NCBI GenBank assembly: GCA_964016885.1
Contig: OZ024758.1
Coordinates: 16,368,001-16,432,000, forward strand
Direction of reading: 5' to 3'
Source: Eledone cirrhosa
Taxonomy: Eukaryota
DNA length: 64,000 nt
Part shown: piece after piece, positions 13,510-26,069 of the stretch
Layout of the letters: each line of letters starts with the position of its first letter
Position numbering within the stretch: the stretch's first letter is position 1
Notes under the pieces: model-generated
Told to the model about the DNA's origin: nothing
Seen by the model: the letters and a program-made list of their open reading frames with translations, nothing else
Databases searched by the model: none
Program-made: the position numbers and the translations under genes

Positions 13510-14120
13510 TATGTCAGGTCACCAGTTGGTGCTACTGGTAACATGTATTCCAGTACAACCTGGCTCATGGTCGGGTCGTTGGCGACTAAACTGGCAACCC
13601 CACCAAGGTTTCTTGGTGAGGAGGGTGACTTTGGACATCCTGCAGGACTAAAAACAAAACCTGTCAAAGGGCAAAGGAGCTCTTAAGAGTCAATGACCAT
13701 CCAAAATCACCGGGAGGGATGACCCCTTAGCCTTTGTCAAGGCAGAATTCTAGGAGAAGGAAAACTCTGATATAACACCTGCAACCCTGATAGTATCCAA
13801 TGATGTTGACTTGTTCTTCTTTTTGGTAAATATCATCTTGGTTAAGAGAGTGGGACTGGCTTTGTGCAGTGCCTTTGCTCACTATAAAAGCTTCACGGCA
13901 CAGGCATTGCTTTATATCTGGAGATCTCTCTGCACTTGTCGTCACATGGTACCATGGGCCCAGCACTATGTGTCAATAATTGTCACAGGTGTAGTGTTTG
14001 TACCAGAGTTTTCAAGTCGCTGGCTGGACTAAAAAGTTACACTCGTTCAGCACAACGGTAGGAGTTCTCCTACATGGATATAAAGTAGTGGCCGTACTCG
14101 AAAACGAGTTGGCAGCCACC
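13510..14120. mobile_element. Composite of two convergent RTE-like 5' ends; second copy at 26070-26490
   Basis: Plus part carries ggagaaggaaaactctgatataac (RTE 5' UTR-like); minus part ends at an APE-start-like VNIIG; near-identical to 26070-26490. Confidence 0.55.
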
Positions 14121-14702
14121 ATGTATGCATGTATGTATGTATGTATGTATGTATGTATGTATGTATGTATGTATGTATGTTCTGGTTCTATAATTTTATA
14201 AATTTTTACCTATATAGAGATAAAGAGTTTCTAACAGAGGTGTAAGACTCTTTTTTTGGAATTTAAACCGCATCAACTAGGTAGATATGTATGCATGTCT
14301 GCATGTATACGTGTGTGTGTGCAGGTATGGATGTTATTGTATGTGTGAATGTGGATGTCTTGAGTTATATGTGTGCTTATGCATATGTTTTGTATCTGTA
14401 CATGATGCAGTTATTACATGCAGAAATATTTTTTTCTACAGGCAGAATTTTTAGAATGTATGTATGCCCTTATATATATATATATATGCATGCATGTATG
14501 GATCCAACCATCTGTCGTTCCGTTTATCTATCTATCTATCTATCTAGCTGTCTAAATCGCTAAATATCTTTGCCATATAACAATACTATAAAAACTTTGA
14601 AAGCTGTGCTAAGTATCGTATGGAGTTATGTTCTCTTACATAATTTAGAGAGAAGGATTATAGACGGTGTATTAGAAAACGTAAGCTTAATAATTTTCTC
14701 TG

Positions 14703-14809
<107 letters not shown>

Positions 14810-15039
14810 AGTGGGAGAGATATAGTAATGCATTTCATGAGTCAGAATCTCTATTCAATTCTTCTCATGAGTAAAGAGTGAAAAAGAATGGTTTCTGGCA
14901 AACTAATATACAGCAGAAAATCTCCACGAAGACATGGCTGTATTTATGACCAAAATGTTACCATACCAACCTTTTACAAGGAGTTACCATACCAACATGG
15001 ACTACATTATCTAGAGTGATATTCCTGTTTTTCATTTTA

Positions 15040-15590
15040 ACCGGTTGAATGTGATTTGACGGGAATTTAGCAGTTACTTCTAGCTAGTCGAATTACCATG
15101 TAGATGGTAACTTATTGGACTAGTATTTAGTAAGTACAGCTGTTACTAAGTTCCAATAGGTTTGGCAGCGGCCGAACATGTACTCAAATCTTTTTATGTG
15201 TTTATGTGTAGTGTTTGTTTCTTTTTTTTAACGATAGAGTGTGATTTGAGGGGAATTTGGTAGTTATTTCTAGCTAGTTGAATTTCCAAGTAGATGGTAA
15301 CCTATTGGACTAGTCTTTAGTAAATAGCTACCACTACATCCCAATAGGTTTGCTAGCGGTCGAACATGTACTCAAATCTGTTTATGTGTATGTGTAATGT
15401 TTGTTTCTTTTTTTAAACGATAGAGTGTGATTTGAGGGGAATTTGGTAGTTATTTCTAGCTAGTTGAATTTCCATGTAGATGGTACCCTATTGGACTAGT
15501 CTTTAGTAAATAGCTACCACCAAGTCCCAGTAGGTTTGCCAGCGGCCTAACATGTACTCAAATATGTTTATATATGTAGTATAGTGTTTC
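15040..15590. repeat. Three tandem ~188-bp units
   Basis: gtgatttga at 15051, 15241 and 15427. Confidence 0.85.
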
Positions 15591-16029
15591 TTCATTTTCA
15601 ACTGATTGACGCGAAAACAAAAATATATATGTATTCACCTTCACCAATACAACGAAGTGAAATTAACAAAAAGAAACATATCAGAAATTGAATCCTTTTC
15701 AAATATATTAACTAAAATGGTAGAAAACCGGCTTCATTGAATTACATTTTAGAATGTTGTTGTAATAGAATTATGAATAGTTGATAATAAAAGATATTTT
15801 TTTACCTCCTCTCTTACTACTGGAGATGTATTATGTAAGCTATGCAAAGCTGATAGCAGAAAACAGTAAATCAATAGTGATATTACATCCGTAGAAGAAT
15901 GATAGAGAGAAACTTGCCAAATAGTTTGTATAACATTTATTGAAATATCAAGTCGATGATAGCCGTCGTTCATTTAGTTATTTTTTTTACTATTTTGTTT
16001 GTTTTGTCAGTAGCTTATTTCTTAGACAG

Positions 16030-16810
16030 AATACACACACAAACACACACAAACTCACAATCATACAAACACACAAACTCACAAACACACACGAGCACAC
16101 AAACACACAGACAAACACAAACACACATAAACACACACAAACACACAAACTCACACACACACAAACTCACACACACAAACACACAAACACACTAACACAC
16201 AAACACAAAAAACTCACACACAAACACACAAACTCACAAACACATACAAACAAACACATAAATACACAAACACACAAACTACAAACACACAAACAGACAC
16301 ACACATAAACACACACAAACACACAAACTCACACACACACAAACTCACACACACAAACACACAAACACACTAACACACAAACACAAAAAACTCACACACA
16401 AACACACAAACTCACAAACACATACAAACAAACACATAAATACACAAACACACAAACTCACAAACACACAAACAGACACACGCATAAACACACAAACACA
16501 CAAACTCACAAACACACAAACTTACACACAAACACACCAACTCACACACAAACACACACACACACAAATATATAAACACACAAACACATACACACAAATA
16601 CAAAAACTCACAAACTCACACACAAAAACTCACACACAAACACACAAACACACAAACTTACACACAAACACACAAACTCACACACAAACACACACAAATA
16701 TATAAACACACAAACACATACACACAAATACAAAAACTCACAAACTCACACACAAAAACTCACACACAAACACACATCACACAAACACACAAACTCACAA
16801 ACTCACAAAT
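16030..16810. repeat. Degenerate CA/CAAA-rich repeat
   Basis: Direct reading. Confidence 0.9.
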
Positions 16811-17754
16811 ATATTCGTAAAGATTCAGGCTGATTAGTTGAATTTCAATTCGGAGAAGCCACAAACTATAGCTTGATACTTTTTGAAGTGTTTCAGCTGT
16901 CCCTATCTCAATAAAATTAGACAATTCAATGAAGTGGAAATATTTTTTTCGAGTACCAATTGAAATAAATGAAATCAATTTCCTGTTTTCAACTCTGGGA
17001 TATTAACTGTCTATATTCGACGATTTAAATGTTAAACTGATTCATCGATTCACTCACTTCGCACTACAAAACAAAACGTATTATTCAGTGAGCATTTAAG
17101 CAGATCTGTGTCTTTTATTAATGGTGCTGCTTCTAGGAATTCATTTGATATTTTTTCTTTAAAATCGAATTAGAATCGATATAACAGGTTTTAGTTTTTG
17201 ACCTGCTAGACAAGATGTATAATTTTAATCAAGCAAAAATAAAGTTTATACACTATGATTCAAACAATAGCCGATTTCTTTCAAAGGTTTAGCAAGGGAA
17301 TTCTCTCTCATGTAGTCAGATGATCAGATTTTTCACACGTTAGATAACTTGAATATGTATGCTTAAACGATTTTTAGGTGTCAGCTGACTCCCGAGAGAA
17401 CTTGAAATAATACCATATATTAACATCACCATAGTGTCTATATTTAAATAGGCGTTCATAATATCTACATGATCAGATAATAGAAGGTGTGCAAAATGTT
17501 TGCATGATGTATTAATATTGATTTTTGTTTGAATTGGCATAACTCTCTCTCTCTCTGTATAGGTTATTATGACATCAAAAGGCCTTTTCTAAAGGTATTT
17601 GCATCGGTTCAAGCTATCTGTGGCAGACATGAATTGTACAGTACAACAATACATATTAATATCGTTTTCTTTCTGACTAAGTCCAACAACGCTATATTAT
17701 AACCCGTTGCCATTTTTTCTAATGAAACACACTACCTATGATTCTCAAATCATT

Positions 17755-18140
17755 CAGAAAGCAATCAAGAATTTCGAAGGATTTCATAAAATAACTGACA
17801 TTCTGGTTATGTATCTGGTGTTTGGAACACAATAAATGCTCCGTCGTGAAATTATGCTGAAGTGCCTTTAGATAAATACAAAGAAAGCAATCAAGGATTT
17901 CCAGGGATTTGATAACGTATGTAACTTTCCAATTTTGTATCTGGTGTTTGGAACTCTAATAAATGTTCCCTCGTGAAATTATGATGAAGGGCTTCTAGAT
18001 AAATACAAAGAAAGCAATCAAGAATTTCCAGCGATTTGATAACATATGTAACTTTCTTATTTTGTATCTGGTGTTTGGAACTCTAATAAATGTTCCCTCG
18101 TGAAATTATGATGGAGAGTTTTTAGATAAATACAAACACT
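17755..18140. repeat. Three tandem ~126-bp units
   Basis: aagcaatcaag recurs at ~17759, ~17885 and ~18011. Confidence 0.85.
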
Positions 18141-18686
18141 TTAAAATGAAATTTTCTATCATACAACTGGTGTGTGGATTCAGGCAGTTTGGAATCAAAG
18201 GTCTCAAGGAAAGCCTCTAAATGGAAGAATGTTTTGCCTAGGATCAACTCTGATCAAGCAGAACTATAATCAATATGCATTTCAGTCCTGGTCATTTTGC
18301 CTTTTTAAGATTATGTTGAATTTCATTATCTAATGAGTTCTTTCTGAGGTCAGTTCTGAACGTGCAGACTTATGATAAAGGCATTTTAATCCTGGTCATT
18401 CCGCCTTTGTACAAACATATTGAATTACATTATCTAATGAATTTTTTCTCATAACAATACAGTATGTGACTTGAAAAAGATGTGGCTGCGATTCCTAGAA
18501 GGTTAAGCAGCAATTTAGAAACTTCCTCATTGACTTGCACGGCGTTCATGATTTTATTAAAGGTGTACTGAAACTGTTTTCAACAAAATGTTGAAACCGA
18601 GTCATGATCTCACATCACTGTTAGTTATCCCCTTGCTACGCTTTCTATATTCTGTAACAACATTGTTCCATTATTTGAGTATAAGC

Positions 18687-18878
18687 TGGCGGTGGATTGG
18701 CAGTATCGGTAGAGGGTCGGACGCATGCTTTAACGCATAGAGTTACGGCTCTTGCCATTCTGAGTTCAAATCTCGCCGAGGTTGACTTTGCCTTTCATCC
18801 TTACGGGGTCGATAAAATAAAGTACCAGTAATGCACTGGGATAATTGCTGGCCTTGTACCAAAAGTAGAAACAATTAT
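18687..18878 (+). mobile_element. tRNA-derived SINE with Meta-like domain
   Basis: ggcggtggattggcagtatcggtaga (A box), gagttcaaatc (B box), gcctttcatccttacggggtcgataaaataaagtaccag, ggccttgtaccaaaagtagaaacaatta. Confidence 0.85.
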
Positions 18879-19529
18879 ATAATGAGTTTTTTCCTCATAA
18901 CAATACAGTATATGATTTGAAGAATATGTGTCTGCAATTTCCCGAAGGTTAAACAGCAATTTAGAAACGTCCTCATTGACTTGCACGGCGTTCATGATTT
19001 TATTAAAGGTGTACTGAAACTGTTTTCAACAAAATGTTGAAACCGAGTCATGATCTCACCTCTCTGACAGTTATCCCCTTGCTACGCTTTCTATATTCTG
19101 TAACAACATTGTTCCATTATTTCAGTATAAGTTGTGATCACAAATTTAAAGAGGAAGGAAATAATCAAGCGAACTAAAGAAAGTGAGACTTCAAGCGTTC
19201 ATCCTTCAGAATCGATATTTTACTAATTAGGGTTTTATTAGAGACGTACATTCGTGTTTTAAATTCAACTCTCAAAGAGACTGTCTTTGGCTTTCATCCT
19301 CCCATGATCGATAAATGAAAGTAGTATTCGAATACTCATTAAATCGATTATACTTGGCCCCTAATTATCTACAGCTTGTGCCGATGCTAGAGGTTATTAT
19401 GATATTTACGGAATTTACGTTATGAGTTCAAATCCTGCAGACGTTGACTTTGCCCATCAGCCTTCCTGGATCGACGACATTTGACAAGGCGAATACTGAG
19501 ATCGACATCGATCTATTTTATATATATAT

Positions 19530-19569
<40 letters not shown>

Positions 19570-19667
19570 CCGTTTTACGTCCGTTCTTCCACGCTAGCAT
19601 GAGTTAGACGGGTTGTCCTGTTGTGGGAAGTGTCTGGTCGGCTGACCATGCCTTGCTCATACAGGAA

Positions 19668-19728
<61 letters not shown>

Positions 19729-19839
19729 TATATATAGTAATAATAATAAATTTGAAGACCAAAATCCAAAGAGGGTTCGATAAGGATAAATATATATCAA
19801 ATATATATGAACCGTAGAACAAAATATTTATTAAAATAA

Positions 19840-19913
19840 CAGATTAAAGTTTAAGCAAAGAATTGCTGCTTTCACCCTTAACGGGATCTTCTGAAACTAA
19901 CAGAGTCAATCTG
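19840..19913 (-). ncRNA. Type I hammerhead variant (U4A core CAGAAGA)
   Basis: Stem I AGTTT/AAACT extended by CAGATTGA/TTAATCTG; U-U closed stem II CCC/GGG; GAAA; stem III AGCA/TGCT; CUU triplet. Confidence 0.7.
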
Positions 19914-20827
19914 TAAACGCAGAAGTGAATATTTTAAAAAACGTTGCAACCGGAGGAAGACAGGAAGACGATACTTTGGTTCGTGGAAACGTTCGCTGGC
20001 AAAGAACGGGAAAAAACGAATATAATACGTCATTATTTGGAGCGGAGAAAAACAATTGCACGCAAAGACAGAACCACGTTTATGGTATAAAAGAAGTCGT
20101 AGACTAATATTCTCTTAGGTGGTTCATAGAGACGTTCTCTGGCAATGAACGAAAAAAAACGAAGATAATACGTCATATGTGGAGCGTAGAGAACAATTGC
20201 ACGCAAAGACAAAACCACGTAAATGGTATAACTTAAGTCGTAGAGGAAAATTCTAACTAGGAAACCGAATGATTCTCCGCTTCAGAGTTAAGAATAAAGT
20301 AAATAAAATACAGAGGTAATTGAAATTAAATAAATACATACACGCATCCAAATACGTACACACATAAGCATACGCGAAAACACTCGCCATAGGTATACAA
20401 ATACACACACATATAAATATGTGCGTGTGTGTGCGTGTACACAAATAATTAAATAAACATATATAAATAAATAAATACGTATATAACAAGCGCACACACA
20501 TACCTACATGTAAATACACAAATGTTCGGAGACGTACGTCAACCAAAACACGAAGTACACATATACACGCACCCTACATACGTACGAACCCGCATAGTCA
20601 CACAGACGCAAAACTCACGTATACACATAACCAAAAGCATATGTACCAGAATATATAAAATATACGCCATAACATATACAATCAAATATACGTACGAGAA
20701 AGTATACGTACCTTAACAAAACATACAGGTAATATATACTTACCTATGCAAATAAGTAATCGTATAAACATAACATATAATTAGCTACCACATCAAGACG
20801 TAAAATATCCGCGTATAGATCGTACTA

Positions 20828-21923
20828 TCAGTTAGGGTATAATGTGGGGCTGTAATACAGGAAAATTTTGTGCAATTTATGTTTACAAGCTGAAATTGCC
20901 TCAGATTTTTGTTTAAGATGTGGTCTGTGGCGTAGAGTATTTCCAGGGCCTCAGCGGCACAGAGGTCACATGGTCTTTTATTTCCGTTATACGATCTAGC
21001 CCTAGCTGGTTGTCTTTTAGACTCCAGATATAAGCTGAAAGTGACGTCATATTCCTTCTTAGAGGGTAACGAAAAGAATGGGTATGCATGTAAAGACGCT
21101 GTTTGAATTTATTGGTGGTTAACCCTATGTAGGCCCTACGGGACGTGGGTGTTTCAACCTTACATTTGTAGACAATGTTACTAGAGAGGCATTTCCCGGA
21201 TAGAGGGCAATCAACTCGATTCCTACAATTACAGTTAGTACTAACTACAGGGTTGCACGTGTTCCTACGGCTAGGTAGTTTAGCTAAATTTCAAGCTGTG
21301 ATGTTATGTGCAAGGTTAGGAGTCGTAGAGTAAGAAATTTTAATAGTATTTCTATTAAAAATTTTACTATGTTTATGTGTAGGAGGAAAATGCCTCGTAA
21401 TAAGGGATAGAAAGATCTTAGCTAATGGTGTGGCCACCTCCATATTATATGGTGCGTTATACCATATAATGCGTCGGGATCTATTTCTTCGAGGTCTATT
21501 CTCGTACTCTGTATATGCTACCTTATCGACAAATCCACTCCGACCAAGAGCTTCATTGTAATATGTGGAATGGTCGTTGAAAATATGCTCGTTAGTAGAT
21601 AGACGGGAAAGCCTCAACGAAACGTTTCTTACCAGGTTCTTGGTTATGCTGGCAGGATGGTTGGAATGCTTACTTATGTAATTAAGCGTATCATTCGGCT
21701 TTCTATACGGGTAATACAAGCCATTCGATAAGTTGAGGGTAACGTCGAGGTAATTAACGACCGAGAGGTTGGCCTCAACCTGTATAGAGAGGTTGAAGCC
21801 TTTAAAGAAGGCTGTGAGTTCTTTTCTGAACCTGTCGCAAGCACGAGGGCCGCACTTAGTTATGGTCAAAAGACCATCATCACAGTACAAACGACTGCCC
21901 ACGTTGGGGAATTCGTCCTTGAT
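20828..21923 (-). pseudogene. PLE RT C-terminus, Cys-rich linker and GIY-YIG endonuclease
   Basis: LYCDDGL; NYLDVTLNL..YRKPN..YI..SNHP; TGA at 21291-21293; CNCRNRVDCPLSGKC; IVYKC...YIGLT..FKQR...H; frameshift near 21000; CDLCAAE...LNKKSE...CKH. Confidence 0.9.
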
Positions 21924-21989
21924 AGATATATATAATACAAAAACACGAGGAAGGTTTGTTTACATCTGAAAAATATTTATTGCATATCG

Positions 21990-22082
21990 ACCTGTTTACG
22001 CGCGTTTCGCTTAGGATTGGCTCAAGGTGACCCATAGGAGTTATGGACCCGACTCCAGTATTGATCTGTTCTTCAGACTGGT
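21990..22082 (-). ncRNA. Degenerate hammerhead with large stem II insertion
   Basis: CTGAAGA...CGAAACGCGCGTA with palindromic stem III; stem I imperfect; AATAAA downstream. Confidence 0.55.
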
Positions 22083-22296
22083 GATGCGACAAAAGATATA
22101 TTTGTCGAAATGGCCGGAGCTCAGCCGTCGGAGTCCTGACTCTTTTCCTATATATATATATATATATATATAAAATATTAAACAAATAATGAATAAACAA
22201 TTCCTTATATTAAACAAAAAAAGTTCATTATTTAACGATCGTTTCTAGGATATATATGTGTTAGAATTGGTATGCATATTCAACATAAGATTTATC

Positions 22297-22340
<44 letters not shown>

Positions 22341-22345
<5 letters not shown>

Positions 22346-23070
22346 CGAACTAAATTCGTATCAGCAAGCTTATAGTTATAAGGTTAGTAATTTAAAACTC
22401 TACCTCAGAGATTTGATTCTGACTTAGGTTTTTTCTATTTAATTGCTAACCTGTAGGTATTGTCATCCATACAGTAACGGTTAAACTCACATGTAATAAT
22501 TTTTTTACACACTTCTCACTGTGTAACACACTTCTCTATTTGTATTTGAGCTCAGATGAAAATTCTCTGTTCTTCTTCGAGCTAATATTATTATTACTGT
22601 GAACTGCGGAATACTTTAATTCCGATCTTTGTATATTTAACGAGCTCCAGATTGTTGAGCTAAGAAATTCGAATGGTTGGGCTACTCTCTCTAGCATTTC
22701 CCCCCAATTCATGAGAGCTGTTATTTGATGTAAATAACACGTGATTTCGCCCTACTCTGGGCAGCGTGTTTATTAGCTTTCTCTCTATCCATTAGGCTAG
22801 ATGTGTCGTGTACAGCACCCATTCTTGCTGACTGAGGATCCTATGGGCTGTTACACCGCACATCTCTGTGGTGAAACGAACTAAATTCGTATCAGCAAGC
22901 TTATAGTTATAAGATTAGTAATTTAAAACTCTACTTCAGAGATTTGATTCTGACTTAGGTTTTTTCTATTTAATTGCTACCCTGTAGATATTGTTATCCA
23001 TACAGTAACGGTTAAACTCACATGTAATAATTTTTTACACACTTCTCACTGTGTAACATACTTCTATATT

Positions 23071-23073
<3 letters not shown>
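22341..23073 (+). mobile_element. Retrozyme-like element, 531-bp unit x ~1.4, in (AT)n
   Basis: tgaaacgaactaaattcg at 22341 and 22872; non-coding; complete HHR spans the repeat junction. Confidence 0.85.
22824..22899 (+). ncRNA. Complete type I hammerhead ribozyme
   Basis: Stem I CTTGCTGA/TCAGCAAG (8 bp), CTGAGGA, stem II, GAAA, stem III ACGAA/TTCGT, GUA triplet (cleavage after 22891). Confidence 0.9.
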
Positions 23074-23105
<32 letters not shown>

Positions 23106-23228
23106 GTTTGAATATGTGTAATAAGGCCAAGACAATGCAGGTATGGACATAGAAAAAAGAATGCAATAGTGAAAGATATTGATGTGAATTCGTCTTTCAC
23201 CTTGAATTTATTTAAATACCTTTACTTC

Positions 23229-23263
23229 CCTCCGAAGAAGAGATATTATCTCGAAAATTAAGG
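23229..23263 (+). ncRNA. Minimal hammerhead (U4C) inside fold-back 23102-23381
   Basis: CCT CCGAAGA A GAGAT-ATT-ATCTC GAAA ATTA AGG; ~115-bp inverted arms. Confidence 0.65.
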
Positions 23264-23907
23264 ACATTTAAATAAATTCAAGGTGAAAGACGAATTCACA
23301 TCAATATCTTTCACTATTGCATTCTTTTTTCTATGTCCATACCTGCATTGTCTTGGCCTTATTACACATATTCAAACGTTTATACCTCATTACACAATGC
23401 TTCAAGTGAACTATAACCTCCTCCATATATATATATATATAAACTGTTTCCGTAGGAAGGGTAAAGGAAAGGACATTGCTCTATGTAAGGCCCGCCGTAA
23501 CTTCTGAAGGAGACGTGAGGTCGGGCTATTGCCAAATGGTGTTTCTAGGACATTTTTTAAACCTGCCAGAACCCATCTCCTCTCCAGGTTTGAATACAGC
23601 AGATTTCTCCCAGAGAAGAGTAGAGAAAGTGAGAGAATGGAAGAGAAAAAGGGACACAGAGGAAAAATTGGCCAACATGGAGGGTATACAAAATATCCGT
23701 GTTTACTGTGTTTATGGAAAAGCTGAGCGAAAGACGAACATGAAAAACTGATGTGTTAGGAAAACATGGATGACATATTTGAAATCAGCACCTCAACATT
23801 AACTAAAAATAACAACAGAACTTAAATCAGTAAAATGTGAGTTGACGCGTGTTATTAATGCTACTAATTACTACTATTAATGCTACTACTATTAATGCTA
23901 CAACATT

Positions 23908-24097
23908 GCGGTGGATTAACAGTATCGGTAGAGAGTCGGACGCCATGCTTTCCAGCATAGTTACGTCCCTTTACGATCTGAGTTCAAATCCCGCCGAGGT
24001 TGACTTTGCCTTTCATCCTTACGGGGTCGATAAAATAAAGTACCAGTAATGCAACTGAGTAATTGCTGGCCTTGTGCCTAAAGTAGAAACAGTTATT
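23908..24097 (+). mobile_element. tRNA-derived SINE
   Basis: Same family as 18687. Confidence 0.85.
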
Positions 24098-24793
24098 AAT
24101 GCTACTAACTTTTGAAAACTCAGTCTTATTTATTTATCGACTATCTTATTAGGAAGAAAGCCATGGGGTACACTTATAATTTTATAAAAACAATATATTT
24201 CGATCTTATGATAAAATGTTGGTGTTCTTATATAATTTCCTATGATCAGATTGATTTGGCCTTTTATTTCAATTTAAAACAAAGCAGAACGTAACTTTCT
24301 TCTTTCATTCCCAAATCTATTAACCTTATAGATCAAGGTTTGACAAAATGTTAATCTATATGTAAATAATAAAGAACTTCACTGAATACTAAATAATAGC
24401 CATGGCACTCTAACCTAATCACATTGGATTAAAAGATGAATCAATTTTACTTTAAATTTACAATCGACGGCAAGAAATTGTATCGACCTCCTTATACTTG
24501 TGTGGAAGATAATGTCTGACAGTTGATGGAATTCTATTTACATATTCTTATATTCTTCAATTCTTTTATTAGCTTCGGTTATTAGATTTTGGCCATTCTG
24601 GGGCACCAAATTCAAAAGATTAAATTGATCAAATCATCCACTTCGTTACTTACTTTTTATCAAGCGTGATACTTATTTTATCGATCTCAATTTGTCGAAC
24701 GGCAAAGCTACCGGACATACATAAACTGTAAATATAATCACAGACATGGACACATTCATACACACACTCACAGACACACACACTCAAACACAA

Positions 24794-24848
<55 letters not shown>

Positions 24849-25049
24849 GGCACATGCATACTCAAACGCTCATACATACGCTCATCCTGACACACACACA
24901 TATGTATACATAGATACATTCTTAACCATACAATCATGTCTGCTCCGTTATTAGACTTATTTGTTATAAATGGTAAAGGAGGAATACTGCTAACCTGTTC
25001 AGGAGAACGTATACTTATGTAGTAACAATGATGGTTGCTGACTTTGGAG

Positions 25050-26030
25050 CAGGGGAGGGTCGACTCCAGTAAGGATGAAAGTCAAAGCTAACCTTGGAGG
25101 GATTTGAACCCAGAACGTAAAGGGCCGTAACTCAATGCCACAAAGCATGTTATCTGACGCTCTAGCGATCCACCCATCGTGCTCGGAGTCTAACCCTAGC
25201 TCTCCTGCCGGTTGGTTTTGCCCGTAAAATCTGCCCAGCGATTCTTTCCTGAGACATTCTAACCACAGGCCTATAGTATCGGAGCTGTAATCTCTCAATT
25301 CGGAGAAGTAGCGGCTCTACCTGGAGCGACTCTCTGATCTGAGCTAAAATTCTGTCCTGCGATTATTTCCTGAGACATTTTAACCAATATGCCCATAGTT
25401 TTGGGGCTGTGATCTCTCAATTCGGAGAAGTAGCAGCTCTATATGGAGCGACTCTCTGATCTGACTCTCATTTCTGAGCTACAAATCTGTCAAGCGATTC
25501 TTTCCTGAAACATTTTAACCAATATGCCCATAGTTTTGGGGCTGTGATCTCTCAATTCACAGAAGTAGCAGCTCTACTCGGAGTGACTCTCTCATCTCTG
25601 ACTGAGCTACAAATCTGTCAAGCGATTCTTTCCTGAGACATTCTAACCACACGCCCATAGTATCGGAGCTGTCATCTCTCAATTCAGAGAAGTAGCAGCT
25701 CTACCTGGAGCGACTCTCTCATCTCTGAGCTACAAATCTGTCAAGCGGTTCTTTCCTGAGACATTCTAACCACGTGCCGATAGTATCGGAGCTGTCATCT
25801 CTCAATTCAGAGAAGTAGCAGCTCTACATGGAGCGACTCTCTGATCTGAGCTACAAATCTGTCAAGCGGTTCTTTCCTGAGACATTTTAAACAATATGCC
25901 CATAGTATCGGAGCTGTCATCTTCCAATTCGGAGAAGTGGTGGATCTACCTGGAGTGACTCTGATCTCCGAATTACGCACTTTATCAAGTAACGTTATTC
26001 CAAAGACCCTACGGTGGAACCCCATTTCAG
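25050..26030 (-). mobile_element. SINE fragment plus RTE 3' fragment with ~7 internal tandem units
   Basis: Repeated ctctcaattcggagaagtagcagctctac unit; homologous to 10890-11590. Confidence 0.75.
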
Positions 26031-26069
26031 GCTGCATACATACATACATACATACATACATACATACAT

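Larger units (their letters stand above)
19735..21923 (-). mobile_element. 5'-truncated Naiad-type Penelope-like element (RT, GIY-YIG, pseudo-LTR with HHR) in (AT)n
   Basis: RT and EN motifs followed by a non-coding tail whose distal ~550 bp recurs at 52745-53365 and 43968-44100. Confidence 0.85.

Noticed and set aside
20760-20850. SECIS after the Naiad ORF (CTGAT...TGAT on the minus strand)
   Set aside because: No proper helix II or apical AA.
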